Notes: generated from the letters alone by a model not told the origin. A DNA stretch of 64,000 nt from Opitutia bacterium (GCA_947478395.1 CANJVR010000002.1:320001-384000), one strand, 5' to 3'; positions 1 through 9,494 are shown, counted from the first letter of the stretch. Made by a program: numbers and translations.

Positions 1-348
1 CCCGAAGGTGGCGCGCACGCGCGAAACACGCAGCCGTTGATAGCCAATCGAGCATCCATCTTCGCGGTAATTTTCACCGGGCGCCAGGTCGGGTGCTTCG
101 GGATGGATGACTTGGCATAACTCGCTCCAGCCCCTCGGTCCGATTAATTTCTCGTTGAGGGGGGGGGATAAATAAGCGCCCCGTCCTTTCAGTCGGACCC
201 GGCCAAGGTTGTTCACGCAGATGTCCGAAACTCCCTTGATAGCCGCCAGCGCCTGGAGCGTTTCCGACCAGGAATCGAGCGCCGTGAAGTCGTGCTTATC
301 CGTAATGTTCGATGGTTTATCGCTGACCGATTGGGGCGGGATATTCAT
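1..348 (-). CDS. N-terminal part of a probable PilT/VirB11-family pilus/secretion ATPase (runs off the window start)
   Basis: Manual translation from ATG at 348 is open to position 1: MNIPPQSVSDK...AIKGVSDICVNNLGRVRLKG...QRLRVSRVRATFG. The GVSDI-x-V and R-x-RV segments resemble the PilT/CpaF N-domain. It is directly downstream of the pilin genes; Walker motifs are not in the window. Confidence 0.5.
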   Translation of the reverse strand, partial: MNIPPQSVSDKPSNITDKHDFTALDSWSETLQALAAIKGVSDICVNNLGRVRLKGRGAYLSPPLNEKLIGPRGWSELCQVIHPEAPDLAPGENYREDGCSIGYQRLRVSRVRATFG

Positions 349-350
349 GG

Positions 351-1484
351 TTACGGCGCCCTAACCGTGATGCTTTCTCCGCTGGATACAGTGGGTGAAG
401 TGGAGTCGACTGCGGCATCAATGGCATAGCGAATAATTGAGCCCGGGACGGATGATGTCATCGCGACCTCCACCGCGCTAGACGAACCGCCGGTTGAGAG
501 TGTAGGTTGCGGCAACGTCGTAACCAGCGGAGTTAAGGTTACACTGAGTACCGGCGTGGTGATGTTGTTACTGCCCGTTTCCGCGTAGGCTTTGAGCGAC
601 ACGGTTGAAGACCATGAACCCAATGGGACATGGAAAGGCGAAGAGTAAGAGGTCGATGCAGCGCTTGGATTTGAGCCGTCGTAGGTAAAATAAATGCGAG
701 TGCCGGCTGGTGCATTGCTGACCGAAAGAACGATCGGGTTAGTGGCCCCTGTGATCTCCGCGTAGGTAAAGCTCGTGGAGGACCCGCCCCCGGAGCGCGC
801 GTAAACAATCGACAGTTGGCGGGATAAATTCGTTAAAACCGTCGGGCTCGCAGAGAACTGCGGGTCGGAATTAAACGCCGCCGTTTTGATCAACGAAGGC
901 AGGGGATCAGCGCTCAAGGTAGAGGTAGCCGTGATCCAAATAGGGGACGTTGCGGTGGGATCGGAACCATCCGTAGTGTAGCGGTAGACCGTACCCGCGG
1001 GATTACCTGCAGCCGCTAAAATCAGGTTGGAAAGCCCTGGGCTGAATTCGCTTTCGGGCACCACCCCTGAGACGCGAAAACTGGGGGGCGAAAGCGCGAC
1101 TGCGACAGGGGCTGCGACGGCTGATCCCGTTGAGGAGATAACGTAGCCAAGCGCGGTCGAACGCCCACTGGCGTCGGAGGTCGCAGTGTAGCCGATGATA
1201 TCGGCTGAGCCGGTTAAATTCCGGCCCAAAGCGGCTGAACTGGCGAAGGTCGCGTTTGGATTCGAGCCTAATCCACTCACGGCGTGGGCCAGGGGGTTAG
1301 CGGTTGGGCCCGTTGCACTCGGTGCAGAAAGAGCCAACTCACTCTGGAATACCCGGTAGGCATCCTCTTGCACCCGGGTATTCATCTCGCGCCGTTCTTG
1401 GCCGACGGAATTCGAATACTGCACGATACCGGCGGTGGTTAGACCCAATAGAACCACGGCCAGAACTACGGATACGAGGTTCAT
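351..1484 (-). CDS. Pilin-like/tip protein with chitobiase/beta-hexosaminidase C-terminal (Fn3-associated) repeats
   Basis: Hydrophobic pilin-like N-terminus (MNLVSVVLAVVLLG); repeats YRYTTDGSDPT, IYFTYDGSNPS, IRYAID; Ser/Thr-rich; ATGA overlap with the upstream gene. Confidence 0.7.
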   Translation of the reverse strand: MNLVSVVLAVVLLGLTTAGIVQYSNSVGQERREMNTRVQEDAYRVFQSELALSAPSATGPTANPLAHAVSGLGSNPNATFASSAALGRNLTGSADIIGYTATSDASGRSTALGYVISSTGSAVAAPVAVALSPPSFRVSGVVPESEFSPGLSNLILAAAGNPAGTVYRYTTDGSDPTATSPIWITATSTLSADPLPSLIKTAAFNSDPQFSASPTVLTNLSRQLSIVYARSGGGSSTSFTYAEITGATNPIVLSVSNAPAGTRIYFTYDGSNPSAASTSYSSPFHVPLGSWSSTVSLKAYAETGSNNITTPVLSVTLTPLVTTLPQPTLSTGGSSSAVEVAMTSSVPGSIIRYAIDAAVDSTSPTVSSGESITVRAP

Positions 1485-2794
1485 GGTAAATTTGAGCGGG
1501 TCGAAAGCAGCAGCACGCGGGGCGTGATATTTTCGAGGTCGGTTTGGGCTTGGGTGTCGGGGTAAGCCGTAAGATTGGGGGCTGCCGCGAATAGTTGGGG
1601 GTAGGCTACGAGACCCGAGACGGAGAAAGCGCCATCCACGGCGGTGGTCGGGAACATCAAAAGTGCGCCCCGGATTGAAATGTTGGCGCTCTGCGGGGTG
1701 ATGGTTGTATTCGGGGCGTAGAGTAAAACGGTCCGTGAATTATTATTTAGCAGTCTTACCTGAGTCTTGGTGGAGGTGAAATTTCTGACTGCGATCACCA
1801 CGGGGAGTCCGTTTGAGGCAGAACCTGTGATTTCGACTACCCCCGTGCCGAGTGAGTCTACGAAGACGATCAGACCGGCCGTGGTTACGGATAAGTTCAC
1901 CGCTGCGACGGACCCATTCCAAATTACGCCGCTCGGCACATTGTCAGGCTTGGTGAAATCGAAAGTCCCGCTGGCACCGGCGCTGGTCAGCAGCGCGTTT
2001 TGGTAAGTCAGGCTGGTCCAAAATTCGAAGGCGTTCCAAGTGAGGGAAACAAGATCGCGGTAAAAATAAGGTAAGCCCGTGCCTAAGCCGTTAAACAGGG
2101 AGGGGAACGTGCCCGATTCACCCGCGTACGAATTGGCCAGCGGTGAAACGAAGCTCGATGGGCGAGTAAAGGTCGGTGCGTTGGGGGTGCCGCTTGATAC
2201 CCCGCCGACTGCAGAAGGTTGCCCGTATGCGATCCACGTAAAATTACCAAGAGGGACGGAGAACAAGCGGGCGGTGATGTCGTACTGGGTGGTTTCACCG
2301 GGGATCGCGGAGTTCGTTTCCGTGAATGCGAATACGCGGGTGCCCAAATCCGCAAATCGGCCGGCGCTCAGGAGTGCCTGCAAATTGCGGCCCACGGGAG
2401 TAAGGCTCGAGAAATTGCCGACCGCAGCATTTACAGGAGACCCAAAGGGGAACTGGGGATTGTCGGGCAGCGTAATGGTATTATTGGACGCGTTACTTAC
2501 GATCACGCTGGTGCCTGAACTAACGGCTCCCACGCGGGTAGCTATCGCGCTCGAGAGGGTTGCCGTTGATGTTGTCGGTGCAGTCTCAGCGACTGACAAA
2601 ATAGCCTCCTTGGTTGCTGAGGCCACCGCGCGGGCCTCGATTTGCCGCTGACGCCGGATATCCCACGCCAAAGAGGTGGTAAACGCGGCCAAGGAGACCT
2701 GAAAGAGAGCCGCCAGTAACAGCATCATCGCGACAACCATGACCGCGACGTAGGCCGCGATATAACCACGAGTTAAATTTGGCCGTGTATCCAT
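1481..2794 (-). CDS. PilX/GspK-like large minor pilin
   Basis: Short basic leader ending RG, then hydrophobic helix YIAAYVAVMVVAMMLLL lacking Glu5 (typical of the PilX/GspK class); large beta-rich C-domain. Confidence 0.6.
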   Translation of the reverse strand: MDTRPNLTRGYIAAYVAVMVVAMMLLLAALFQVSLAAFTTSLAWDIRRQRQIEARAVASATKEAILSVAETAPTTSTATLSSAIATRVGAVSSGTSVIVSNASNNTITLPDNPQFPFGSPVNAAVGNFSSLTPVGRNLQALLSAGRFADLGTRVFAFTETNSAIPGETTQYDITARLFSVPLGNFTWIAYGQPSAVGGVSSGTPNAPTFTRPSSFVSPLANSYAGESGTFPSLFNGLGTGLPYFYRDLVSLTWNAFEFWTSLTYQNALLTSAGASGTFDFTKPDNVPSGVIWNGSVAAVNLSVTTAGLIVFVDSLGTGVVEITGSASNGLPVVIAVRNFTSTKTQVRLLNNNSRTVLLYAPNTTITPQSANISIRGALLMFPTTAVDGAFSVSGLVAYPQLFAAAPNLTAYPDTQAQTDLENITPRVLLLSTRSNLP

Positions 2795-2795
2795 G

Positions 2796-3650
2796 TCAAA
2801 AAGACGAGGTGTTCGCGAAATAAACGAACCGGGACATGGGTTTCACCTTCGTGTCCGAAGCGTTAACGGACAAAACGAAAGGGTCGGGAAAAATTAAGCG
2901 CGAGCCGGCCTGTTCGCTTCGACCCCACCAAGTTGACTCGTTGCGGTACCAGTAATGTTGCGCCCCGATTCCCATCGACCAGACGTCTTCGTCGGGGGGG
3001 AGCCAAAAGCGGTAGGCATACGTCTTCCAAGTTGTGGAAGGGAGCGTCCGGCTTTGGAGTCTGGTTTCGTAGAGGACGCGGGCACTGCCATCGATTGCAA
3101 CGCTGTAGCGCCTCACTTGGGCGATCGCGATGATCTGGTTTAGGCCCTGCAAAACTAGCACCGTGAAATCGTTTACAGATGCGGTGGTTTCAAAATGCCC
3201 AGCCAGGTCACTCGCAGCCGCCGAAACGAAGTTTGGGGTGGTGGTAGTGGCCGTGGGGGGGAGCGATGCCAGGGAGGTCAATGTTTGGGTCGAAAACGTG
3301 AGCCTAAGCGGGTTAGTCACCGCCGGGGCTAAGGCGTCGAAATTAGACCCACCCAGCACGACCACCAAATCACCCGCCGAGAGCTGGCTTGAAAGCTCTT
3401 GGTGCAGATCCATCGCGTCGAGGAGGTCGGTTTTTGCAACGCCGTCCTGAGTCGAGCGCATCACGGGCGCCAAGACATAGTTCTGCCCGTTATAGACCAC
3501 GACTGGCCTCACGAGCGTAGTTTGCAGCGACGAGAAAAACATAATCGTCGAGGCCAAGATTATTACTGTCAGCAAGGCTCCTCCGATCAATTCGACCAGC
3601 GTGAATCCACGATGAGGCTTGAGAAAGGATCTGCGCATCTTGCGCCTCAA
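2796..3650 (-). CDS. Prepilin-type N-terminal cleavage/methylation protein (PilW/GspJ-like minor pilin)
   Basis: RG|FTLVELIGGALL class III signal peptide. Confidence 0.8.
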   Translation of the reverse strand: MRRKMRRSFLKPHRGFTLVELIGGALLTVIILASTIMFFSSLQTTLVRPVVVYNGQNYVLAPVMRSTQDGVAKTDLLDAMDLHQELSSQLSAGDLVVVLGGSNFDALAPAVTNPLRLTFSTQTLTSLASLPPTATTTTPNFVSAAASDLAGHFETTASVNDFTVLVLQGLNQIIAIAQVRRYSVAIDGSARVLYETRLQSRTLPSTTWKTYAYRFWLPPDEDVWSMGIGAQHYWYRNESTWWGRSEQAGSRLIFPDPFVLSVNASDTKVKPMSRFVYFANTSSF

Positions 3651-4042
3651 TACGGAACAGGACCCGCGGGGCCTGTAATTGTGACGCGAGTTGAAAGCGA
3701 CGTGCCTAGGCTGAATGTATAGCCCGGAGGTGTAAATTGAGACAGGGTCAGGCTCTCAGCGTAGGAAACCCGATCCCGAATCAACAACCAGCTCGCGTTA
3801 TCATCCGCGGCGGCAGCCCAAGTTGTAGCGGCGGTAGACACCCGCAATTCGTAGCTTTTTTTGGCTGAATTAATACTATTAGCCAGCGACACGGCATTGC
3901 GATCTCGGCCGGTCGCGACGCCGTCTTTAACGAAGGAGACTGTTATGGCGCCAAAAATCCCCAGCAAGACCGTAACGCACAGTAACTCAACAAGAGTAAA
4001 AGCGCGGATTCGGGCGTAAATCGTAATTGATCTATGGGTCAT
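3647..4042 (-). CDS. Minor type IV pilin
   Basis: RA|FTLVELLCVTVLLGIFG; N-terminal helix homologous to the two major pilins. Confidence 0.85.
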   Translation of the reverse strand: MTHRSITIYARIRAFTLVELLCVTVLLGIFGAITVSFVKDGVATGRDRNAVSLANSINSAKKSYELRVSTAATTWAAAADDNASWLLIRDRVSYAESLTLSQFTPPGYTFSLGTSLSTRVTITGPAGPVPY

Positions 4043-4060
4043 CTTCCAATCGCAGGCAGG

Positions 4061-4095
4061 AAAAAAGCAAAAGGCCGGCTTTGAAAGCCGGCCTT
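4061..4095 (-). terminator. Intrinsic terminator between major and minor pilin genes
   Basis: Hairpin AAGGCCGGCTT-TGA-AAGCCGGCCTT (4071-4095) followed on the minus strand by TTGCTTTTTT. Confidence 0.8.
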
Positions 4096-4120
4096 GCGTA
4101 CATTTAAAACTAAAGCGCTA

Positions 4121-4588
4121 TCATGGATTGCTACCTGCAATGCCCGTAAATACCGGTGCGCCGTTGACCCACGTATAGGTATACGAAGTGGTCGTGATGG
4201 CGCGGCCCAAAGCAGCGGTATTACCATAAGATTGAATACCTGCTCCGGAGAGTAACGTTAGGAAGTTGGTCACATCCGCCGCAACCGCAGCGGCTGGCAA
4301 CGCAACGGTGGCCGCGGTTGTCGCTGTGCCTTGGGTAACAGCGTAGGCCGCCTGATTTAGGTTTGAGCCAGCCGAGCGCAGGTTGTTGACCAGATTGTTG
4401 ATCTCGTTGGCGTTTTTCGCCAGAGCGTTAGCGCGACCGGTGGTGGCTGTATCGCGCATGAGCGAGACGCCAATACCGCCGAGAATGCCCAAGAGAACAA
4501 CGACGCAAAGGATCTCTACGAGAGTAAAGCCCTTCGATTTTTTGATCGATTGGGTGATGTTTTTGATCGAACTTTTAACTGTATTCAT
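4121..4588 (-). CDS. Type IV major pilin-like protein, copy A
   Basis: 20-aa Lys-rich leader, KG|FTLVEILCVVVLLGILGG; 135-aa mature protein. Confidence 0.9.
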   Translation of the reverse strand: MNTVKSSIKNITQSIKKSKGFTLVEILCVVVLLGILGGIGVSLMRDTATTGRANALAKNANEINNLVNNLRSAGSNLNQAAYAVTQGTATTAATVALPAAAVAADVTNFLTLLSGAGIQSYGNTAALGRAITTTSYTYTWVNGAPVFTGIAGSNP

Positions 4589-4645
4589 ATATTTTGATTT
4601 GAGGTTTATCTGTCAGGTGGATTTTCCTTACGGAAAGTAGCTAAA

Positions 4646-5113
4646 TTAAGGATTTGAGCCTGCAATGCCCGTAAACACCGGTGCGCCGTTGACCCACGTA
4701 TAGGTATACGAAGTGGTCGTGATAACGCGGCCCAAAGCAGCGGTATTACCATAAGATTGAATACCTGCTCCGGAGAGTAACGTTAGGAAGGCGGTCACAT
4801 CCGCCGCAACCGCAGCGGCTGGCAACGCAACGGTGGCCGGGGTTGTCCCCGTACCTTGGGTAACAGCGTAGACTGCCTGATTAAAGTTTGAGCCAGCAGA
4901 CCGCAGGTTGTTAACGGCGCTATTGATCTCACGGGCGTTTTTCGCCAAGGCGTTAGCACGGCCCGTGGCGGCGGTGTCACGCATAAGCGAGATGCCAATA
5001 CCGCCGAGAATGCCCAGAAGAACAACGACACAGAGGATTTCTACCAAGGTAAAACCCTTCGAGTTTTTGATCGAATGAGTAACTTTTCGGATAGAACTTT
5101 TAATCTGAACCAT
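4646..5113 (-). CDS. Type IV major pilin-like protein, copy B (tandem paralog)
   Basis: Same class III signal; 11 aa differences from copy A over the 135-aa mature protein; 525-bp offset. Confidence 0.9.
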   Translation of the reverse strand: MVQIKSSIRKVTHSIKNSKGFTLVEILCVVVLLGILGGIGISLMRDTAATGRANALAKNAREINSAVNNLRSAGSNFNQAVYAVTQGTGTTPATVALPAAAVAADVTAFLTLLSGAGIQSYGNTAALGRVITTTSYTYTWVNGAPVFTGIAGSNP

Positions 5114-5256
5114 TTTTCCGGCTATGGGTTAGTAAAACATTTGTTAATAAAGATCTGCCCTTCCCAATTAAGGGGGAGCTAAAGCAGGTTTCCGCGTTAG
5201 CCCCGGGCAGGGATTCCAGTGGATCAATCAACTAAATTTCCGATTTCTGCGGATGA

Positions 5257-5274
5257 AAATTTACCGGTAAATTT
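5257..5274. promoter_or_regulatory. Perfect 18-bp palindrome upstream of the pilin operon (candidate operator)
   Basis: AAATTTACCGGTAAATTT, ~145 bp upstream of the copy B start; overlaps a direct repeat AAATTTACCG. Confidence 0.45.
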
Positions 5275-6237
5275 ACCGCAAATCATTGGTTTAAAGTCGT
5301 CTCCGTAATTAAACTTGCCCTATTCCGGACGAATTTAGGCTAATTTTAATATCTCCGACGGGGACTATGGAGGGGCGATGCCGGATGAAAAAATCCGGGA
5401 ATTGGGACCACCTAGAGAAGAAATAGGGCCTCGGTAGAGTCGAACGCTCAGGGGCGAACTAAAGTGCGATTTCTCGGCGGTGAGACTCCCAGAAAGCGGT
5501 GTTTTCTGAATTTCTCCTCTGAGATATACTTACTTTGGAACGTAAAATGGCCCTGAAAATGGCCCAAAAATGCACGATTTCGCGCCCACAATCCCTTGAG
5601 GATTACCGTCCCGAAAAATGATTTTTTCTAAGACTACAAAAAACGTTTATGCCCCCCGTTTTCTCCTCTGAAGCGATAGGGTGGGGGTGGTGGCTTAAAA
5701 AGCCCCAACGGGAGTAACCGTGAACGAGGTCGCCGCCGAGCGCCCAACCAGACGGGCCCAACCAGCGCAGCAGGTAGATGACCCGTGATAGCTATACCAA
5801 TCCCCGTTCACTCGGGGGCAACTACCCTCGAACCCATGTCTCAAACCGCGTTTAGGGCGCCTGTATCCTGTCCGCTTTGCATACGAAAAGAGAACACTAT
5901 GAAAACATTCCGCCCGTTAATATTTTTGGCCTTCGTTGCCTTCCGTGTTGTCCAGGTCCGGGCGCGAACCAATACCCTTGCCAAGGCCGTAATTTTTGGA
6001 CGACAAAAAACCGTTTCGTCCCCTAGTTTTAGCTCTGAGAGTGCAGGGATGGGGTGGGGGTCGTAAACCGTGCCGATTTCGTGCGGTCCAACGTAACGGG
6101 GCTAGGGTAGGGGGAAACGTCAGCCGCAAACCAACCGCCGGCCTTTGATTTGACGTGCTGGGCCCGCCGAGCAACGCCCCCAAAAAAATAGGCGGACGTC
6201 ATCGGGCGGGATGGTGCGCGCCAGAACGCCCCTTCAT

Positions 6238-6265
6238 TGCGCCCATAATGTATTTCATGAACAGG
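6238..6265 (+). other. Weak dif-like site with degenerate XerD arm
   Basis: TGCGCCCATAA-TGTATT-TCATGAACAGG; 18/28 to E. coli dif (8/11, 5/6, 5/11). Could instead be a -10 box. Confidence 0.3.
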
Positions 6266-6288
6266 CCATTATTTTTCGCCGCTTTATC

Positions 6289-6453
6289 ATGAAGCTTATC
6301 ATTTTTGTCTTCATGAGCGTATTCAATTATCTGGGTTGGGCTTTAGCTGATTCGTGCGGCTTCGAAATATTCGGATGTTTTGTGATCAGCGGCTTGATCA
6401 GTATAATCGGCGTTTGGGTCGGATGGAAAATCGGTACTCGTCTCGGATACTAA
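6289..6453 (+). CDS. Small membrane protein (54 aa, two hydrophobic Gly-rich helices)
   Basis: MKLIIFVFMSVFNYLGWALA...SIIGVWVGWKIG. Confidence 0.65.
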   Translation: MKLIIFVFMSVFNYLGWALADSCGFEIFGCFVISGLISIIGVWVGWKIGTRLGY

Positions 6454-6715
6454 ACCAAATCGGCACGCGAACGATCACGTCCCTGCCAAGCCCGTGAGCT
6501 CCTCGAGCTGCATCCGCGGTCTCTCGCCTTTCTGGCATCAGCCGATCGTGTCACTGAAATACCAATTGACCTGCTAATTCGGGTGGCAAACTCCGCGAAC
6601 GTGTAGTTTTTTTTAAATCCCAGTAAACTCGATCAATGTCCGCCGAATCTTCGTCTCAAAAAAATGTGGATCTAGCTTCGGATGCGACGCCCCACGTTAC
6701 AGCCCTGAAAATTCA

Positions 6716-7600
6716 ATGATGACAGAAGTCCAGTTTCGGCAACGTCTTCACGATTGTCAGGATTTGGCGTCGTTACGCTGTAACTTACTCGCACTCGAAA
6801 GGGTCTTCAACAATCAGCACACCCATGTTGAAGAATTTGCGAAGATCATTGCTCGTGATCCCTCGCTGACGACGCGCATGCTGCGCATGGTGAACAGCGC
6901 TTATTTTGGACTTAGCGCCAAAATCAACACCATCGAAGGCGCGGTCCTTTATCTCGGGTTAGGCAATGTTCGTTTGCTGATGTCCACCACACCCGTGATC
7001 GAAGATCTCGAGGTCATGGCTCAGGATGGTACGCAAGTTCCTTGGCGGGAATTTTGGTTACACGCTCTAGGCTGTGCGTTTGCCACCCGCGAGATACTTA
7101 ACCAATTCGACCTTGGAGTGGACAATGATACCGACCACATCAGCGGACTGCTGCAAAACGTTGGGAATATTGTCATGGCTAAAGCATTTCCGGCGGAATT
7201 AGCCCAATTGGTTCAGACTTCCTACGAAGACGAAGCCCAGTTTCTCGCTGCCGAGCGCGCCCTGCTTGGCTGGGACCATGCGGCCATTGGCGCCTTCTAC
7301 CTCGAGACGCATAATATTCCCAAGGAAGTCGTCGAAGCCGTCGGATTTCATCACGATCCCTGTAATGCTCCAAACCACAAGCAGCTGGTCGCGGCTACGC
7401 ATCTTGCTGACGTTATGGTTCGCATGGCTGGACTTCGAAGTGGGACAGAAAAGCGGCCAGTTTTAACTGAACGCCAACTGATGGAAATTCCTGCGATAGG
7501 ACTGCTGCGGCCGAAAAAAGGGCCGATTCTCAACGGCAAAATGCGTAAGATCACCGAACGCATCTCTAAAATCCCGGATCTTTGCCGGGTTATGCTTTGA
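6716..7600 (+). CDS. HDOD domain signal-transduction protein
   Basis: IARDPSLTTRMLRMVNSAYFGL, FWLH, GWDHAAIGA, AVGFHHDP motifs; the usual LLHD is LLQN here. Confidence 0.9.
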   Translation: MMTEVQFRQRLHDCQDLASLRCNLLALERVFNNQHTHVEEFAKIIARDPSLTTRMLRMVNSAYFGLSAKINTIEGAVLYLGLGNVRLLMSTTPVIEDLEVMAQDGTQVPWREFWLHALGCAFATREILNQFDLGVDNDTDHISGLLQNVGNIVMAKAFPAELAQLVQTSYEDEAQFLAAERALLGWDHAAIGAFYLETHNIPKEVVEAVGFHHDPCNAPNHKQLVAATHLADVMVRMAGLRSGTEKRPVLTERQLMEIPAIGLLRPKKGPILNGKMRKITERISKIPDLCRVML

Positions 7601-8029
7601 TTTCGGGTCGGGGCGGCGCTCGATCGCCAGCTCCGCGATAGGGGAAGTTTTTTTCGTTATTTTGCGACCGCCGTGGTGGGATTAAAGAGCGGTCCGGTGC
7701 ACGCGTGCGACGCCCGCCTGAGGAATATTTTAGCAGGTTGGCTTGAAAACAGCTTTTCCTGAACCTGAGACGCGTTTCATCCAAGTCGCGACGAAAGGAA
7801 TCGATCGGCGTACGACTCGGAGATCTCGCGGTATAAAAACTGCATAATTTTACCCGAAAACGCCCGTTCATCACTTTTCCACCTTGTTCGCCCCATTGGC
7901 GTTTACAACGAGTCTGGCGCTGAGCTCGTACGAGAACGCGCATCGTATGCTGACCAAAAATTATCAGTTAACTGAGCAAGGAGGGCTACAGGAGGGGGCT
8001 CGATTCCATTTTGGTTTCGAGGGTGAATT

Positions 8030-8824
8030 ATGAATTTCGTACCCGGAGCGTATAATTCCGCTCAAGCCGTAGAAAATTCAGCAGAGAGCAGCGGTAATTT
8101 CAGCGAACAAAAACAATGGAAATTAGAGTGGCAAAAGCGGGGCGGACGCGCGGGTGAGGACTGGGTGCTACGTACGGGGATTGTCGTCGCCGACGAAAAT
8201 GGCCAGGTATGGCCGCTTCATGTTTATCTCAGGCGAGAGCTGACATCCATTGCGACCGATATTCTTTCCCCGACATCGCCCGAAAGCGTTCCGGCGGCGT
8301 GGATCGAAAATGCGATCAACACGCGCTTGGTTCGGGCTCACATGGCATTCTCTAAGCCGCTCGAGATGCCCTCTAATTACGCAACCTTGTTGTCAGCGGC
8401 GATGCTGTGGGGAAATTTCGTCTCGGCGGTATTCGCCTTGGTTGAAACCAGCCTCAATCCGGAGGCAGAAAAAATCTGTATCGACGCTTATACTTTGGGT
8501 TTTGTAGCGCCGAAATATTTTTCAGTAAAACGTGCGTCGATTCCATCCGCCGAGCCGATCACCACGGAATATTACGCGGCGATTACTCCAGACCGACAAG
8601 ATAAAGCCTGGACCACCTACGCTGATGACGGACAACTCTCATCGTCATTTATTCGGGCGCTATCGAACGCGCTCAATGTAGATTTCCCCGGGAGTTCATG
8701 GACGGGAAAAACGGAAATGCGGAAATGGTGCGCTGGCCTTAGCCGGAGCTTTTTCGCCCGCTGCGCAGCGAGCGGGGTGACGCAGGACGAGATCAAAGCC
8801 CTGGCCGCTTACATCGAAAATTGA
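8030..8824 (+). CDS. Hypothetical protein (no recognised family)
   Basis: 264-aa ORF with GAGGG RBS-like sequence upstream and protein-like composition. Confidence 0.6.
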   Translation: MNFVPGAYNSAQAVENSAESSGNFSEQKQWKLEWQKRGGRAGEDWVLRTGIVVADENGQVWPLHVYLRRELTSIATDILSPTSPESVPAAWIENAINTRLVRAHMAFSKPLEMPSNYATLLSAAMLWGNFVSAVFALVETSLNPEAEKICIDAYTLGFVAPKYFSVKRASIPSAEPITTEYYAAITPDRQDKAWTTYADDGQLSSSFIRALSNALNVDFPGSSWTGKTEMRKWCAGLSRSFFARCAASGVTQDEIKALAAYIEN

Positions 8825-8993
8825 GGCTATTGAAAACTAATTTCTTAAACCGACCGTGCGGGAATCCCTGCTCTGTTGAGCGATGGGAAGGGGTCGGGGG
8901 AGTGATCCTCCATCATGTCCATCAAATCGGGGTAACCTCAAAATTGTTTTCTAAATCGACCATTTTACCATGCGGGAGGCCCATCCTTAGTAC

Positions 8994-9428
8994 ATGAACG
9001 TCCATTGCAGTGAGGAGATTTCTGCCGAATTCGAATACAGCGACAAGACCGTGCCATGGCGTGGTCAAGGCACGGTACTGCTCATCGACGACGACTATTT
9101 CGTGCGGCTTGTCACCACGACTAGTTTGCGTTCCTTCGGCCTCAAGGTTGAAGCCGCGAGCGACGGCCGTGCAGGTCTTGCCACTTGGGAAGCCGCTCCG
9201 GATGAGTTCGATCTGGTCGTACTTGACCTACTTATGCCCAGTTTAAACGGAGAAGATACCCTGGTCGAGCTGCGCAAACTCCGTCCAGACGTGCCAGTTC
9301 TTATCATCAGCGGTTTCAGCGAAGGTGATTTTCTGACCCGGCACGCCTGCAGTGGCCCCATCGCTTACCTGCAAAAGCCGTTTCGATTAGCCAATCTGGA
9401 GAACGCCGCTCGCAGCCTGCTCGGCTAA
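8994..9428 (+). CDS. Stand-alone response regulator receiver, copy 1
   Basis: VLLIDDD, DLVVLDLLMP, IISG, LQKPF motifs; no output domain. Confidence 0.9.
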   Translation: MNVHCSEEISAEFEYSDKTVPWRGQGTVLLIDDDYFVRLVTTTSLRSFGLKVEAASDGRAGLATWEAAPDEFDLVVLDLLMPSLNGEDTLVELRKLRPDVPVLIISGFSEGDFLTRHACSGPIAYLQKPFRLANLENAARSLLG

Positions 9429-9474
9429 GAACGAAGTCGATTCCCGCCAGGCTCGTATTCGGGAAACGATCGCC

Positions 9475-9494
9475 GGTTACAAATAGGTTACAAA
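9475..9494 (+). promoter_or_regulatory. Direct repeat GGTTACAAA x2 with 11-bp period (candidate winged-helix regulator box)
   Basis: GGTTACAAATA GGTTACAAA, ~45 bp upstream of receiver copy 2. Confidence 0.35.

Noticed and set aside
4121..5113. Pilin pair as DGR template/variable repeat
   Set aside because: One change is AAC to GCC, but most differences are not at adenines, both copies are full genes, and no reverse transcriptase is in the window.
5630..5657. Third dif-like site around TTATG at 5647
   Set aside because: Neither arm matches beyond the TTATG core.
5899..6066. Small ORF MKTFRPLIFLAFVAF...
   Set aside because: Signal-peptide-like start but only 55 aa, with a featureless tail running into G-tracts; possibly a gene remnant, not supportable as a CDS.
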